Source of the DNA: Paramecium tetraurelia
Taxonomy: Eukaryota
Reading direction: 5' to 3'
Length of the DNA: 64,000 nucleotides
Assembly (NCBI GenBank): GCA_000165425.1
Contig: CT868485.1
Coordinates: 62,001-126,000, forward strand
Numbering within the stretch: position 1 is the stretch's first letter; every line of letters begins with the position of its first letter. The notes beneath the pieces are model-generated. The model was not told where the DNA came from and did not search any database. It worked only from the letters and a program-made list of their open reading frames with translations. Of the stretch, positions 62,590 through 64,000 are shown piece by piece. The translations under genes were made by a program, and so were the position numbers.

Positions 62590-64000
62590 ATGTCATATAT
62601 TATTTTCAACATAGTCTTTTGTGGGCTGCAAGTGATGGCAGAAGACACATACAATTTTCCCTTGTAATCAAATTAGCCAAACATAATCTACTTAGAAGAT
62701 TATACTCCTGATAAATTTTAAGCTCCCCTCTATTAATTGGAAAGAGATAATGAATATAATTTGAATATTCAACAATCTGCTTTAAGTCTCTAATAAGGAC
62801 AATTCAACTTGAGTAAATTATGTGATAATTGATATAGATGGAAAAATATTATCAGCTAGCAATTACATTTCTGAATCTCAATTAAGTTCGAATGACTTTT
62901 GGGTTCTAACATAAAGTAATTTATATCAAGGATTACTATAGAACAATGGAAGTCTTACATTAAATTAAGTACCTTTTAATTTTACTTAATTAAGTATATA
63001 TTATCAATTTTTATAGGTTGCTTTTATATTAATTTAGTAACAGAGAATATGGGAATGATAAGTTGTCTCTAAAAGAAATATTTGAATTTCGTATTAATTA
63101 ATCTTTCTAACTATTCTCATCAAATCTATGAAACCAATGTTACCTTCCCTAAAAAATTTAGTAATCGGAAAATAAATTTACAATATTTTAATTAAAGCGC
63201 ATTTAATATTTATTTGACTTATTTAACTAAAGATAATGCTACTGCAATTAGTTTTAGTTACAACCTGAAATAATTGGATTATGCAAGTGAATAAGTTTAT
63301 AATGGCACATTCATCTAGATTGTGTTATCTCAAGACTTTAATTTCTTATTTCTGATGAGTAAGAAATCACTTTATTTTATAAACTTGTCAACTCAGAGTA
63401 GCTTCAAAGAAATAGCCAATTATAAAATGACAACACCTAGAATAAGAGAACATTTTAGTTAAATGGCTGTGTATTAGCTATCAAAAAACATATATCATGT
63501 TGTATTGTTATAAAACGAATACTTGTCATAATTGTATTATGATTTTAATTCAAATATATAAACCGAGAATCATAAGCATTTCGTATTGAATGCCTATAAA
63601 AAAATAATTTAATTAGAGGTAAACGTAAATTCAATCTATGTTGTTACAAATAATTATGTTACTAAATTGAACTCAATTTCATCAATAAAACCTACAAATT
63701 ACTATAATTATTCATTGACGAGTATGGCACTAATAATGAATGAAAGATAAATTGCCATTTTATTTGATACAAGTGAATAGTCAACGAAATTTGAAAGCAT
63801 GTTATTTAATAAACCATAAATTTTGGTTAATGTATATTAAACTCAATTGATGGTATCAAATTTGTAAGCAGTCAAAATAAAAATAAAAATATTTTCATAA
63901 ATTTAACGTTAAATTGAACATACTTTTTTATTGAATATAATAATGTCGGATATTAGTTAATCTTAATGTCCTGTTTAATTTTCCAATAATTTCCCAAATG
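62590..64000 (+). CDS. secreted/membrane protein of a large N/Q-rich ciliate family, 3'-partial
   Basis: Signal-peptide-like MSYIIFNIVFCGLQVMA, tiny introns (e.g. 62813-62837) and an open frame running to the window end. Confidence 0.55.

Overview
AT-rich ciliate macronuclear DNA, most likely a Paramecium species. TAA/TAG read as Gln and TGA is the only stop, shown directly by ubiquitin (ATG TAA ATT TTC = MQIF) and other conserved genes. Introns are tiny (about 21-31 nt, GT..AG) and many intergenic gaps are only 17-40 bp. The supplied standard-code ORF track is therefore fragmentary and often antisense, so I re-translated by hand with the ciliate code. About 40 genes are visible. Recognisable ones are a USP5/13-like C-terminus, a MORN protein, TRM11, FCF1/UTP24, DHRS4, CHFR, a PH protein, a CNBD-channel-like protein, a HAL-like protein, DNAAF3, a SIZ/PIAS SUMO ligase, a DUSP-USP, a SAXO/STOP-like protein, a PMP34-like carrier, an 11-unit polyubiquitin, a tandem di-UBL, an SVOP-like MFS transporter, HIRA, BMS1, PFDN5 and WDHD1/CTF4. 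The most interesting observations are: (1) a class-I-like RNase III plus dsRBD protein lacking all four catalytic carboxylates; (2) bacterial-style ATGA stop/start overlaps between tandem genes; (3) a HAL homolog without the MIO-forming ASG; (4) a divergent, ISG15-like di-ubiquitin 2 kb from polyubiquitin; (5) a CNBD-channel-like protein with no selectivity filter; (6) a pseudogene of a ciliate-specific ATP synthase subunit with three lesions. All family calls come from motif recognition by eye with no database search, and the boundaries of hypothetical genes are approximate.
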